64,000 bases of DNA from Bacteroidota bacterium (lineage in GTDB: Bacteria; Bacteroidota; Ignavibacteria; Kryptoniales; JAKASW01): NCBI GenBank assembly GCA_021789975.1, contig JAJYIT010000007.1, forward strand, positions 59,444 to 123,443. The letters run 5' to 3'. The notes beneath the pieces are model-generated. The model did not search any database. It saw only the letters and a program-made list of their open reading frames with translations, and was not told where the DNA came from. This document shows, in pieces, positions 1 to 8,652 of the stretch (the stretch's first letter is position 1; every line of letters starts with the position of its first letter). The position numbers and the translations under genes are program-made.

Positions 1-1585
1 TATGATCGCGCAGTTGTTCGACAAATCTCGCGAAGGTCCCAATCTGCGACTTATCTCTCACTTCAAGCACCAGGCCGTTCTGAAGTTTATAGCTTCGCAG
101 CCTCAGATAATCTCCCTGGAGGTTCCACTTGTTCTGCTGAAGCGGCGGCAGGACCTCGAACGGTTTTCCCGAATCGACGCTCTCATCGATCCACTCATAA
201 GGCTGAAGAGGGTACCATCCTATGAACACCTCGACAGATTTTGCAACTATCCAGCCCGACTTGTCGACAAAGAGAGTATCGAGCGTTTTCGGGAAGAAAC
301 CGTCGATGTGATCTGTATTCGTCCCGGGAGCAATATCATACAGAACGAGCAAAGTGTTTTTGTATTGGAACGTTCTTTCGAACGGAGAGCTACTTGTCCA
401 CTTGTTCGGATTATTGTAAGTCCCTTTTGAAGATGCGACGCTGGCTATCATTGTCTTTCGTTCTTCTGGAAAAAACAATCCGAGTTCATATCCGGACCAA
501 TAAGGATGTATGCTGAATATGGTAGTATACGGCTGGCCGTGAGTCAGAAACAGGCCCCAGGTATGTTGCTGGATCGGCTGGAGTATGCCACCCTGTATCG
601 AACCGATGGCATAGTCTTTCGTGATATAATCATACTTGAATACTCGCGGGTTCCGCACGGGACCGTAACGGATGATGTTCCGGACTCTTTTTGTCTCAGT
701 GTGCACGTAAGGCTTCGATCTATCATGAGCAATTTCATAAATGATTTTAGGCAGTTTGTAATTCGACAACGCGGCTATTGTTACCCATCCGGAGTGGATC
801 GGCTCCCCCTGACTGAAGTAGAGGTAAGCGTATGCATTTACATTTGCCTTAGAAGGTTCGTACACCGCGGGCTCATAAATGCGGCTGTACCCACCGACGA
901 ATTGTCCATCAAGACTCTCTGTCGCAAATTCCGCGAGGTAGTAATCCACCATCATCTTTCCCATCTGCCGCATTTGCGGGTCTTTTGCATATTCTGCGAG
1001 CAGCAACATGGGGTTGACATACTCCGGGAAGTAATCCGGAGAATCAAATTCCCCTGAACCTATAGTGGTTGTGGTTTTCATCCATGAAAGGAGGAAATCT
1101 TTTGCATCTCTCCTATTTACCGCAGAGCTACGACCGTTGTACCAATCCCTGCCGGGTAGATCAGGCCACTGCTCGGCGGCAAGTAACAAGGAAGTGTAGT
1201 ACTGAACCCAGTGGTTCTCCGTGTCGCCTCTATACGGTGTGTAAGTCTTCCAATCTTCCTGCACGGCTTTCCTGACTTCCGGGGACATCACGTTCTTTCC
1301 GTGCAGGTACATATCCATCACAGCTATCATCCAGAACATGTCGCCGGACGGATTCTTCAGCAAAAGCAACGCGTTCCTATTTGCGGTTTCTATATCAACG
1401 TGTCTCGCGTACTTCACTGCACACGCATAGTAGTCTGGACTTTTGAGTGTGTCGTACGGGGAAAGAAAAAAACCCGCTCTCTTCTTATAACCGGTTTCGT
1501 AAGTTGAGCTGCCGAGATTGCGGGCCTCGCCCGGTCCCGATATCACGAATTGGAGAGCTAACACAAATAGTACGAATGTTTTCAT
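1..1585 (-). CDS. Secreted conserved hypothetical protein, 3'-partial (runs off the left edge); possibly carbohydrate-active
   Basis: Not in the ORF track. Manual translation from ATG at 1585 gives MKTFVLFVLALQFVISGPGEARNLGS... (signal peptide) then ...YRGDTENHWVQYYTSLLLAAEQWP...GSGEFDSPDY...SIQGGILQPIQQHTW..., open to the window edge. The + strand ORFs here are antisense shadows. Confidence 0.85.
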   Translation of the reverse strand, partial: MKTFVLFVLALQFVISGPGEARNLGSSTYETGYKKRAGFFLSPYDTLKSPDYYACAVKYARHVDIETANRNALLLLKNPSGDMFWMIAVMDMYLHGKNVMSPEVRKAVQEDWKTYTPYRGDTENHWVQYYTSLLLAAEQWPDLPGRDWYNGRSSAVNRRDAKDFLLSWMKTTTTIGSGEFDSPDYFPEYVNPMLLLAEYAKDPQMRQMGKMMVDYYLAEFATESLDGQFVGGYSRIYEPAVYEPSKANVNAYAYLYFSQGEPIHSGWVTIAALSNYKLPKIIYEIAHDRSKPYVHTETKRVRNIIRYGPVRNPRVFKYDYITKDYAIGSIQGGILQPIQQHTWGLFLTHGQPYTTIFSIHPYWSGYELGLFFPEERKTMIASVASSKGTYNNPNKWTSSSPFERTFQYKNTLLVLYDIAPGTNTDHIDGFFPKTLDTLFVDKSGWIVAKSVEVFIGWYPLQPYEWIDESVDSGKPFEVLPPLQQNKWNLQGDYLRLRSYKLQNGLVLEVRDKSQIGTFARFVEQLRDH

Positions 1586-1674
1586 TTCTATTCCGACCGT
1601 TTCTGTTTGTATGACAAAATTTTATCCGGAAGTTACTCTTCCGACATGCATCACCGGAAAATCAAGTGACCGAC

Positions 1675-3054
1675 TTATTTCGAGAAAAATGTCGGATACT
1701 TTTTTCTTTCGCCGATCCGGTAGATCAACAGCGCAAGTTCCAGTGCATGATAATCTCCCCACATGGAAGCCTCTCCTGACGGATTTTTTTTGCCCGGCAG
1801 CACATAATCCCAACCCCTTGGCCTGTGATAGACGGAATGCAGAATAAGCCCCTGGTGTCTCGGATCAGAAGAAAGATACGGCTCCGAAAGGACATTACCG
1901 GCCACAGTCAAACCGGTAGCAAGATAAGTATTTCCCTTCTCGGTGTCACCGCTCCCGATCATGAAATTGCCGAGGCGAATCAAACCTTGAGCGGCGATAA
2001 CGGCCGCCGAACTGTCCACCGGTTCGTAATCGTTGAACGGATCTGCCGCGCGGTTCAAATAATCACCCAACTCCGATAATCCCGGCGCTCCGGTGTCCCA
2101 ATATGGAATTCCATCGGTAGGAGTATTGGCGATATAGAAATCGGCAACTGATTCAGCAACTCCACGATACCGTTTGAGTATCTGATCCTTCCCACCAAAA
2201 GGTTCCAGTTCAGAATTCCCAAGGTGCGTTATGAACTCCAACTCTTCCGCATACCCGCAGAGTATCCAGGCCATACCGCGAGTCCAGGTAGAAAACGGTG
2301 AGTACCCTTGCTGAGTAGAAGGACACCGGAATGTACGCGAGTCGACATTGAAGATTGCTTCATGCGCAACTCGTCCGGGGACATCGTAGATATCTCTTTC
2401 CTCCCCAAGATACACTATATAGCGCGCGGTGATTTCAGCGTGCTGGATCAGCCGCCGGAGAAGATCTATCCTTCTGCCGCGCTCGTCGATAAGTACATGA
2501 CCGAGCTGATGGGCCACAGCAAGAGAACGAAGACTTCGGATCGTATCTGCAAACAGGGAATGGCGTCCGTTAAAAGAATAAATGTAGCCGAGCTCATCGC
2601 TGAGTTCCGTCCACCTCATCGCCTGAACCGCTCCGCTGACTTTTAAAGCGAGCTTGTACGAATCTGCTTGATGGGAGATCTCATCCAGCCTACCCTCGTA
2701 TGATAAGCGCAACAAATTCCCATAAGTGCTTACAACATTGAACCCGTGATCGTGGACAGCAAAGTCGGTAAGGTAAACAGGCATCTGACTTGCTGTGCCG
2801 AGATATCCCAATTCGAGAAATTTCTTGTCGTTGTCAAAGTCATACTGCAGTAACGGCATTCCGAAGAAAAAGCCCTGAGTCCAATTGGTCCACTCCCTTG
2901 ACGTATAGGTTCCCGCTCTCGTAATCACCGGTGAACCATTCTTGAAGTTCCAGATCTTATGGAGCTCACTTATTTTTCTTGCCGAAAACACGAAGAGCCG
3001 TTCAATAATTTTTTTCAGGTCGCTTGCCTCTATATCGACGGAAGCCCGGATCAC
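1675..3054 (-). CDS. Glycoside hydrolase family 88-like (unsaturated glucuronyl hydrolase-like) protein
   Basis: Motifs WTQGFF, HDHGFN, STWTRGMAW, IPYWD, DSSAAVIAA, WGDYH. Start moved to GTG at 3054 (MIRASVDI), just after the SDR stop; the ORF-track start at 3177 overlaps the SDR. Confidence 0.75.
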   Translation of the reverse strand: MIRASVDIEASDLKKIIERLFVFSARKISELHKIWNFKNGSPVITRAGTYTSREWTNWTQGFFFGMPLLQYDFDNDKKFLELGYLGTASQMPVYLTDFAVHDHGFNVVSTYGNLLRLSYEGRLDEISHQADSYKLALKVSGAVQAMRWTELSDELGYIYSFNGRHSLFADTIRSLRSLAVAHQLGHVLIDERGRRIDLLRRLIQHAEITARYIVYLGEERDIYDVPGRVAHEAIFNVDSRTFRCPSTQQGYSPFSTWTRGMAWILCGYAEELEFITHLGNSELEPFGGKDQILKRYRGVAESVADFYIANTPTDGIPYWDTGAPGLSELGDYLNRAADPFNDYEPVDSSAAVIAAQGLIRLGNFMIGSGDTEKGNTYLATGLTVAGNVLSEPYLSSDPRHQGLILHSVYHRPRGWDYVLPGKKNPSGEASMWGDYHALELALLIYRIGERKKYPTFFSK

Positions 3055-3059
3055 TGCCT

Positions 3060-3854
3060 TCACAAGGTCTGGATGTGGAAGCCGCCGTCGACGTTTATCA
3101 CTTCGCCCGTCGAGTACGGGAAATTCCCCGCGAGTATCGATTTCACGGCTACTCCGACATCTTCTGGTTTGCCCCAACGTTTTTGAGGAACGATGCCGTC
3201 CGAAATAAGGCGGTCATACTTCGGCTTGACTTTGGTTGTCATGTCGGTATCAATGATTCCGGGCCTGACTTCAAAAACCTGGATGCCCTCTTGTGCCAAT
3301 CTTGCCGCCCAAAGCTTGGATACCATCGACAACCCTGACTTGGATATGCAATACTCCGCCCGATCAGTAGAGACCGCGTAAGCTGAGAGAGAGGTAATAA
3401 AAACAATTTTGAAACCTGCGGGAGAAAGCGGCTCAACCTCCTTACTCAACCAGTAACTGACGACGTTCTGAGTGAGAAACAACGGCCCTCCAAGATTGAC
3501 ACTCATTACCCGCATGAATGATTCTTCGCTCATCCTGGTAATATCATCCCTCACCCGCGGACCGATACCGGCATTGTTCACGAGCGCATCGATCCTGCCG
3601 AACTTTGATAGAGTCTCGGTGATAATCCGCGTTCTACCTTGGTCGGTGGCAACATCCGCCTTGACCGCAAGGAATTTCTGATACTTAGAGGTTCTCCTCT
3701 GTTCACACAAACTTACGGTCTGCTCCGCAGCCGTTTCGTTAGCTACATAGTTTATCATTACAGAAAATCCGAGTTCTGCAGCTGCCCGGGAGATGGCACG
3801 CCCTATCCCACGGCTTGCGCCGGTAACTATCACCGTTGCAACGGCATCGGTCAT
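3060..3854 (-). CDS. Short-chain dehydrogenase/reductase (3-ketoacyl-ACP-reductase-like, probably a sugar oxidoreductase)
   Basis: TGASRGIG, NNAG, YCISK catalytic motif, PGIIDTDM, VDGG. Confidence 0.92.
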   Translation of the reverse strand: MTDAVATVIVTGASRGIGRAISRAAAELGFSVMINYVANETAAEQTVSLCEQRRTSKYQKFLAVKADVATDQGRTRIITETLSKFGRIDALVNNAGIGPRVRDDITRMSEESFMRVMSVNLGGPLFLTQNVVSYWLSKEVEPLSPAGFKIVFITSLSAYAVSTDRAEYCISKSGLSMVSKLWAARLAQEGIQVFEVRPGIIDTDMTTKVKPKYDRLISDGIVPQKRWGKPEDVGVAVKSILAGNFPYSTGEVINVDGGFHIQTL

Positions 3855-3964
3855 AACATGGCTTCTAATCTTGTCGGGATTAATATACTACGAACGGGTT
3901 TAAGAGCCGCTCGTGAAAAGCAGAAATCGTGCAGTCATGTTTGAACTCTCAGGATGCGATACGG

Positions 3965-4792
3965 TTATACGTTCCACACTATCGATTCTGCCGACTTGCC
4001 TGCTTCCTCTACGCTGACGTGCTTCCGGTCCAGTCTGCCGAATCGCTGCTTGGGAATTTCCCCAACCGGATTGTCTCTGAAATTATCTTCGCCGCGGCAC
4101 ATGTATATTTTGAAGTACGGATTTATCGAAAGGTCACACTTAGCTTCCGTTCTGGAATATCGGACCGTCAATCCAACGCGTCGCCTGTCCGAAAGATTGC
4201 CCGGCGATCCGTGTACCATCTTGTCGTTGTGGAACGACACTTCACCTGCTTTGAGGAGCAGAGGTACAGCGGCGTCTTCTCTAAACTGCCCTCTTTCACA
4301 TTCAAGAGTTAATACTGAGTCGGACTCGCTTGACCTTTAGTGCTTCAATATCCCCGCGCGGTGGGACCCGGGTACGACCCTCATCGCTCCATTCTCTTCG
4401 TCGCTGTCCAGGAAAGCAATCCATGCCGTAATTGAATCCTCAGGATACAGAGGCCAGTAATACGCATCTTGATGCCACCCTACAGTCGGACTCGTATGCG
4501 GTTCTTTTATAAAGAAATTGGATCCCTCCATGAAGAAGTCCGGCCCAAGGAGACATTCAACGTAATCCAGTATTGTATCGTTCATACATATGTCGTACAG
4601 GAAGCCGCTTGTCTCATGCCATTCCCGAATTTCTTTCGGATCTTCACCGGGCCGCAGGAGCACGCGCAGGTAAGCTAATCCTTCGTTCAGTTCTTTTAAC
4701 CGATCCGGTGAAAACACTTGAGGTAGCCCGATAAGATATCCTTGCTCCTGATAGAACTTCACATGATCAGGCGTAAGACGTTTCCTATCCAT
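3965..4792 (-). pseudogene. PhyH-family Fe(II)/2-oxoglutarate dioxygenase interrupted by one in-frame TAA
   Basis: The 5' part has GWHQD and GAMRVVPGSH. After the TAA at 4337-4339 the same frame continues RSSESDSVLTLECERG...LKAGEVSFHNDKMVHGSPGNLSDRRRVG, supplying the distal His and the Arg motif. Confidence 0.85.
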
Positions 4793-5286
4793 GATGGCGT
4801 TCCAGTTTTCCTAGTTACTTGAAATGATCTTTCAAGCACAACTAAATTTGGAAATAAAACCCGGTGCGTGCTTGTCATCTGCGGGCACAGCTTCGCCACC
4901 TCACTCACAATTAACCGACGAATATCTCATCTCAAGAGTAGAGACGAACACATGGCACGCGGCGAACAACAGAATCAGCGCATTACCGCCAGCAGCTCAA
5001 CGATTCAAGTTCGTCTCGCTTTGCAGTCATCATACAGTTCCACGATCCGACACCTTTCGAAGCTATCAACTTCGTCCTTTGAAGAAAAAATGCCGGAAGA
5101 AAAGTACGGTTTTATTAGCGGAACCTCGTTTCACATATGCAATCTACAATCCTCACGTTTCTTTGTCAAGTCGACGCAGAAAAAAAACGATGGTTCTTTG
5201 TTGCGTTCGATAAGCCGGTTTAAACCGCATCGAACGCGTGGGACTTCATGGTGGGCAAAGATGTCGACAGATCTTACGACAGAAGG

Positions 5287-5919
5287 CTACTCGATCAAAT
5301 GATTTTCTACCGCATAAAGGGTCAACTCAGGGATCGTCTTCATGTCCATCTTCTGCATGATCCTGGCTTTATGGGTATTGACGGTGTGAATGCTGATCGA
5401 AAGTTTGTCGGCAATCGCCTTCACTTTCATCCCCGAAGCCAGCGCACACATAATCTGGAATTCCCTATTTGAGAGTGTCTCGTGCGGCAGGCGGGTCTGA
5501 TCCTTGTCAATTTCTATTGCCAATTTCTCAGCAAGTGAGGACGTAATGTACCTCTTTCCGGCGGCCAGCATCCTGACAGCCTTTATGATCTCCTCCGGCG
5601 CAGAGTCCTTGGTGAGATAACCCGACGCACCCGACCTGAGACTCCTCACGGCAAATCGGTCTTCAGGGTGCATGGTAAGCACCAGGACCGGCAGCTTCGG
5701 AAATTCCTTTTTCAGCTCGGCAATTATGTCGAGCGCGCTGACGCCCGGCATGGATAGATCCGTGAGGAGTACGCTTGGTTTAGTTTTCCTGACGACATCG
5801 AGTGTCTCTTGCCCGTTCGAAGCCTCGGCGACCACCTCAATGTCAATCTCTCCATCAAGGATTTCCCTCAGTCCCTTCCTTACCAAAGGATGGTCGTCGG
5901 CAATGACTATCCTAATCAT
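5287..5919 (-). CDS. NarL/LuxR-family response regulator (REC + HTH-LuxR)
   Basis: IADDHPLVRKG, DLSMPG, GYLTKD, LSNREFQI, LSISIHTVNTH. Confidence 0.95.
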   Translation of the reverse strand: MIRIVIADDHPLVRKGLREILDGEIDIEVVAEASNGQETLDVVRKTKPSVLLTDLSMPGVSALDIIAELKKEFPKLPVLVLTMHPEDRFAVRSLRSGASGYLTKDSAPEEIIKAVRMLAAGKRYITSSLAEKLAIEIDKDQTRLPHETLSNREFQIMCALASGMKVKAIADKLSISIHTVNTHKARIMQKMDMKTIPELTLYAVENHLIE

Positions 5920-5931
5920 TCAGAAATAGTT

Positions 5932-7881
5932 CTACGCAGCCCGATTTCTGGAATAAGGGATAAGTGCCTTTAGCGTTGTCCCCTTGCCAGATTCACCACG
6001 CACTTTTAGTTCACCTCCGAGAGACAAAACACGCTCGCGCATACCGATGATACCCGTTGAAGTTGGATCTTTCAATTTGTCGGGCTCTATTCCCCTACCG
6101 TTATCGGAGATTTCCAAGACGATATTCGAATCTACTACCTGCATAGAAATAGAAACTCTTGTTGCACCTGAATGTCTCATAACGTTATTCAACGTCTCCT
6201 GTAATATCCTGAACATCATTGTGGATGCGTTCGCGTCAAGGGTGATGTCATGCTGAAGTCTCTTTATCGTACAGTGTATTCCAGTACGGTTTTCGAATTC
6301 CAACACCTGCCATTGTATCGCCGTTAACAGGCCAAGTTCATCCAACACGGCAGGCCTCAAGTCGGTGATTATCTTTCTTGTCGACCTTATTGTCTTCTCA
6401 AGAATTTCGGAAATCGATGAAATTTTTTCAAGGAGCGACATACGGCTTAACGATTCCCCCACGGTGCGAGAAACCATCCTCCCCAGTACTGAGAGGTCCA
6501 TCCGTAGTGCGGTAAGCATCTGGCCGAATTCATCATGAAGGAGTCTTGCAATGTTTGCCCTTTCTTCCTCGCGTGCAGACTGTAGATGAGCGGCAAGAGA
6601 ATGTAGCTGGGCTTCGCTTTCCTTTAACTGGTCTTCCGCCAGTTTTCTAGGTCCCAAATCCTTGAGGACAACCGAATAGCCTCGCTTTATTCCGTCGGGA
6701 TCGAAAAGGGTTGTCAGGGTTAACCCGGCCCACAATCTCTCCTGATTTTTCCGAAGAAGCCAAGTTTCAAGTTCCATCCTCCCGGCTCTTTCTAAACCGC
6801 CGAGAAATGAAACAAGCCTTAATCCTTCTTCAGAACCGACGGCAAGTAGATCTGCAAGATCTGATCCTATGATCTCCGTATCCCGATAGCCCAATAGCCT
6901 TCTTACGCCTGCATTCCAGCTCTTGATTTTTCCTTCCTCGTCAAGAGTGAACAGACCATAATCTTTCACATCTTCCACAAGCGACTTGAATCCAACCCCG
7001 TAATCGCACATCTCGCAAGTGACCGGAGTCCCGAACTTCGATGTCGATTTCCGCTTTTTTTGTTGGACCTTTTTTGTAAACATCGCAATCTTCGAGTTGC
7101 CTGCGTCGCCGAGCTTGGCGGCAGTGAACTCCAATAACGCGGTACGCCCGCTGCTGGTTGTTACCCCTGAGGTAAACTTCAGCACATTATTAAGCCGTCC
7201 ATCAAGCGAGGCAATTTTGGTTTCAAACTTGTCCACATCCTTTCGAATAAATAGGGCGCCCATCGTTGTGAGCCGAAGGATTTCAGAAGCCGCATAGCCC
7301 GTCAATTCGCAGAATGCACGGTTTACATACAGAGGTCGCCCGGAAATCCCGTCCAGGACTGCAAATCCGGTACCCGCCCTGGTTTCGGCATCGAGAAATA
7401 TTTTGTAGAACTCGGAATAATCCTCCCCGTGGTTGCTGTTCCGTCGGTGGCTATTCTGCAAAGCCGCAGTCGTGGCTTTCACCAACTCCATTTTATCCGC
7501 CTTCTCCACAAAGGCTGCCGCACCTTCCCTCAAACACTTTGATTCGATTTCACGCGACGATGAATCAGAGACGACCAATAGAGGAATGTGGATGCCTCGG
7601 GTCTTCATATATCTGAGTGCTTCAACGCTGTCAAAACCTGGAAATCTATAATCGCATATCACCAGGTCGGGAGCTTCTTCGCTGACAGCTTTCACAAAGC
7701 CGGTGAATGTGGTGACCTGTTTTGGAACGAAGTCATAGCCGGACGTCTCAAGAGTTTTCCTTATGCGCGCAACTTCCGATTTGCGGGCTGAAACAACGAG
7801 CAACCTGGTTCTGGCGCTTGTTGTTTCTTTTGCCTTTGCGTCGGCAGGAGTGTCGACTTGTGCGTTAACTAAGCTCAACAA
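5932..7881 (-). CDS. Cytoplasmic histidine kinase REC-PAS-PAS-HisKA_3-HATPase
   Basis: EEERANIARLLHDEFGQ (HisKA_3), QETLNNVMRHS, DNGRG, GIIGMRER; PAS motifs YVNRAFCELTGY and WNAGVRRLLGY; N-terminal REC-like PDLVICDY; no TM segment. Confidence 0.93.
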   Translation of the reverse strand: MLSLVNAQVDTPADAKAKETTSARTRLLVVSARKSEVARIRKTLETSGYDFVPKQVTTFTGFVKAVSEEAPDLVICDYRFPGFDSVEALRYMKTRGIHIPLLVVSDSSSREIESKCLREGAAAFVEKADKMELVKATTAALQNSHRRNSNHGEDYSEFYKIFLDAETRAGTGFAVLDGISGRPLYVNRAFCELTGYAASEILRLTTMGALFIRKDVDKFETKIASLDGRLNNVLKFTSGVTTSSGRTALLEFTAAKLGDAGNSKIAMFTKKVQQKKRKSTSKFGTPVTCEMCDYGVGFKSLVEDVKDYGLFTLDEEGKIKSWNAGVRRLLGYRDTEIIGSDLADLLAVGSEEGLRLVSFLGGLERAGRMELETWLLRKNQERLWAGLTLTTLFDPDGIKRGYSVVLKDLGPRKLAEDQLKESEAQLHSLAAHLQSAREEERANIARLLHDEFGQMLTALRMDLSVLGRMVSRTVGESLSRMSLLEKISSISEILEKTIRSTRKIITDLRPAVLDELGLLTAIQWQVLEFENRTGIHCTIKRLQHDITLDANASTMMFRILQETLNNVMRHSGATRVSISMQVVDSNIVLEISDNGRGIEPDKLKDPTSTGIIGMRERVLSLGGELKVRGESGKGTTLKALIPYSRNRAA

Positions 7882-8398
7882 GATTACCCTCTCTGGTAAA
7901 GTAGTTTGCCACAGTGTATTCGGTTCCGCCTTTCCCCGCCTTCCAATTCGATAGCCACTTCAATACTTTCAATGCTTTGGTACCTTCTCGATCACATCCA
8001 AGCTCGAATCTATCTGCCACGCTTTTCGCATAATGATAATCCGCAGCAGTAGGATCGTTTGGATGCGGCTGTGCCTGATACATCCTATATCGGTCGACGG
8101 TACCACCTATGCCCCCAGCGCTTTCGGTGACTACCATCAATAATCTCTTTTTGCCATCCACACGGACCGACCGATGAGTGACCTTGCCGATCATAGCAGA
8201 AGTGAGCGCATTCCCGGCGAGACCGGAGATTATCGTCGACAATATCGTATGCCAACTTCCTCTGAAGCCGATCCTTTCGGCAAACCACCTGGTCTTTTGG
8301 CGTGCGTTCAATATATCGTGATCAGTAGCGATCAGGAGTGAGACTTCGCCTGTTATCGCTCGTACGTCGTCACTGCTTAACAAGGTGCTCTCCAGCAT
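7865..8398 (-). CDS. RsbT-like anti-sigma/switch protein, degenerate
   Basis: IATDHDILNARQKTRWFAERIGF...LSTIISGLAGNAL and C-terminal VLKWL resemble RsbT; the ATP-binding G boxes are not recognisable. Confidence 0.6.
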   Translation of the reverse strand: MLESTLLSSDDVRAITGEVSLLIATDHDILNARQKTRWFAERIGFRGSWHTILSTIISGLAGNALTSAMIGKVTHRSVRVDGKKRLLMVVTESAGGIGGTVDRYRMYQAQPHPNDPTAADYHYAKSVADRFELGCDREGTKALKVLKWLSNWKAGKGGTEYTVANYFTREGNLVELS

Positions 8399-8652
8399 TC
8401 GTCCTGCTCAATCACGTTGCATCTCACAAGTTGCAGATTACAGTAATTGGTTCGAGTTCATTTACTTTCTTGAAAGCGCCGCGTACACCCAACATTTTTT
8501 TCGACTGACCGTCGGCTACAGGGGCATGGACCGGCATCCATATTAAGGCAAGGGACAATCTCGCTCGGATCCCGGTAATCTATCCGCGAAACATGTTCAA
8601 GTATTTTCCAAACACATAAGCTTTCGGCGATCATTAAATTTCTAGGCACTCC

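Noticed and set aside
2-1847. Plus-strand ORFs of 68-183 aa in the ORF track
   Set aside because: They are antisense shadows of the real minus-strand genes (1-1585 and the GH88-like gene) and have no motifs.
4824-5302. Plus-strand ORFs of 129 and 144 aa between PhyH and the response regulator
   Set aside because: They overlap each other, oppose the local gene orientation and have no motifs; this is more likely the promoter region.
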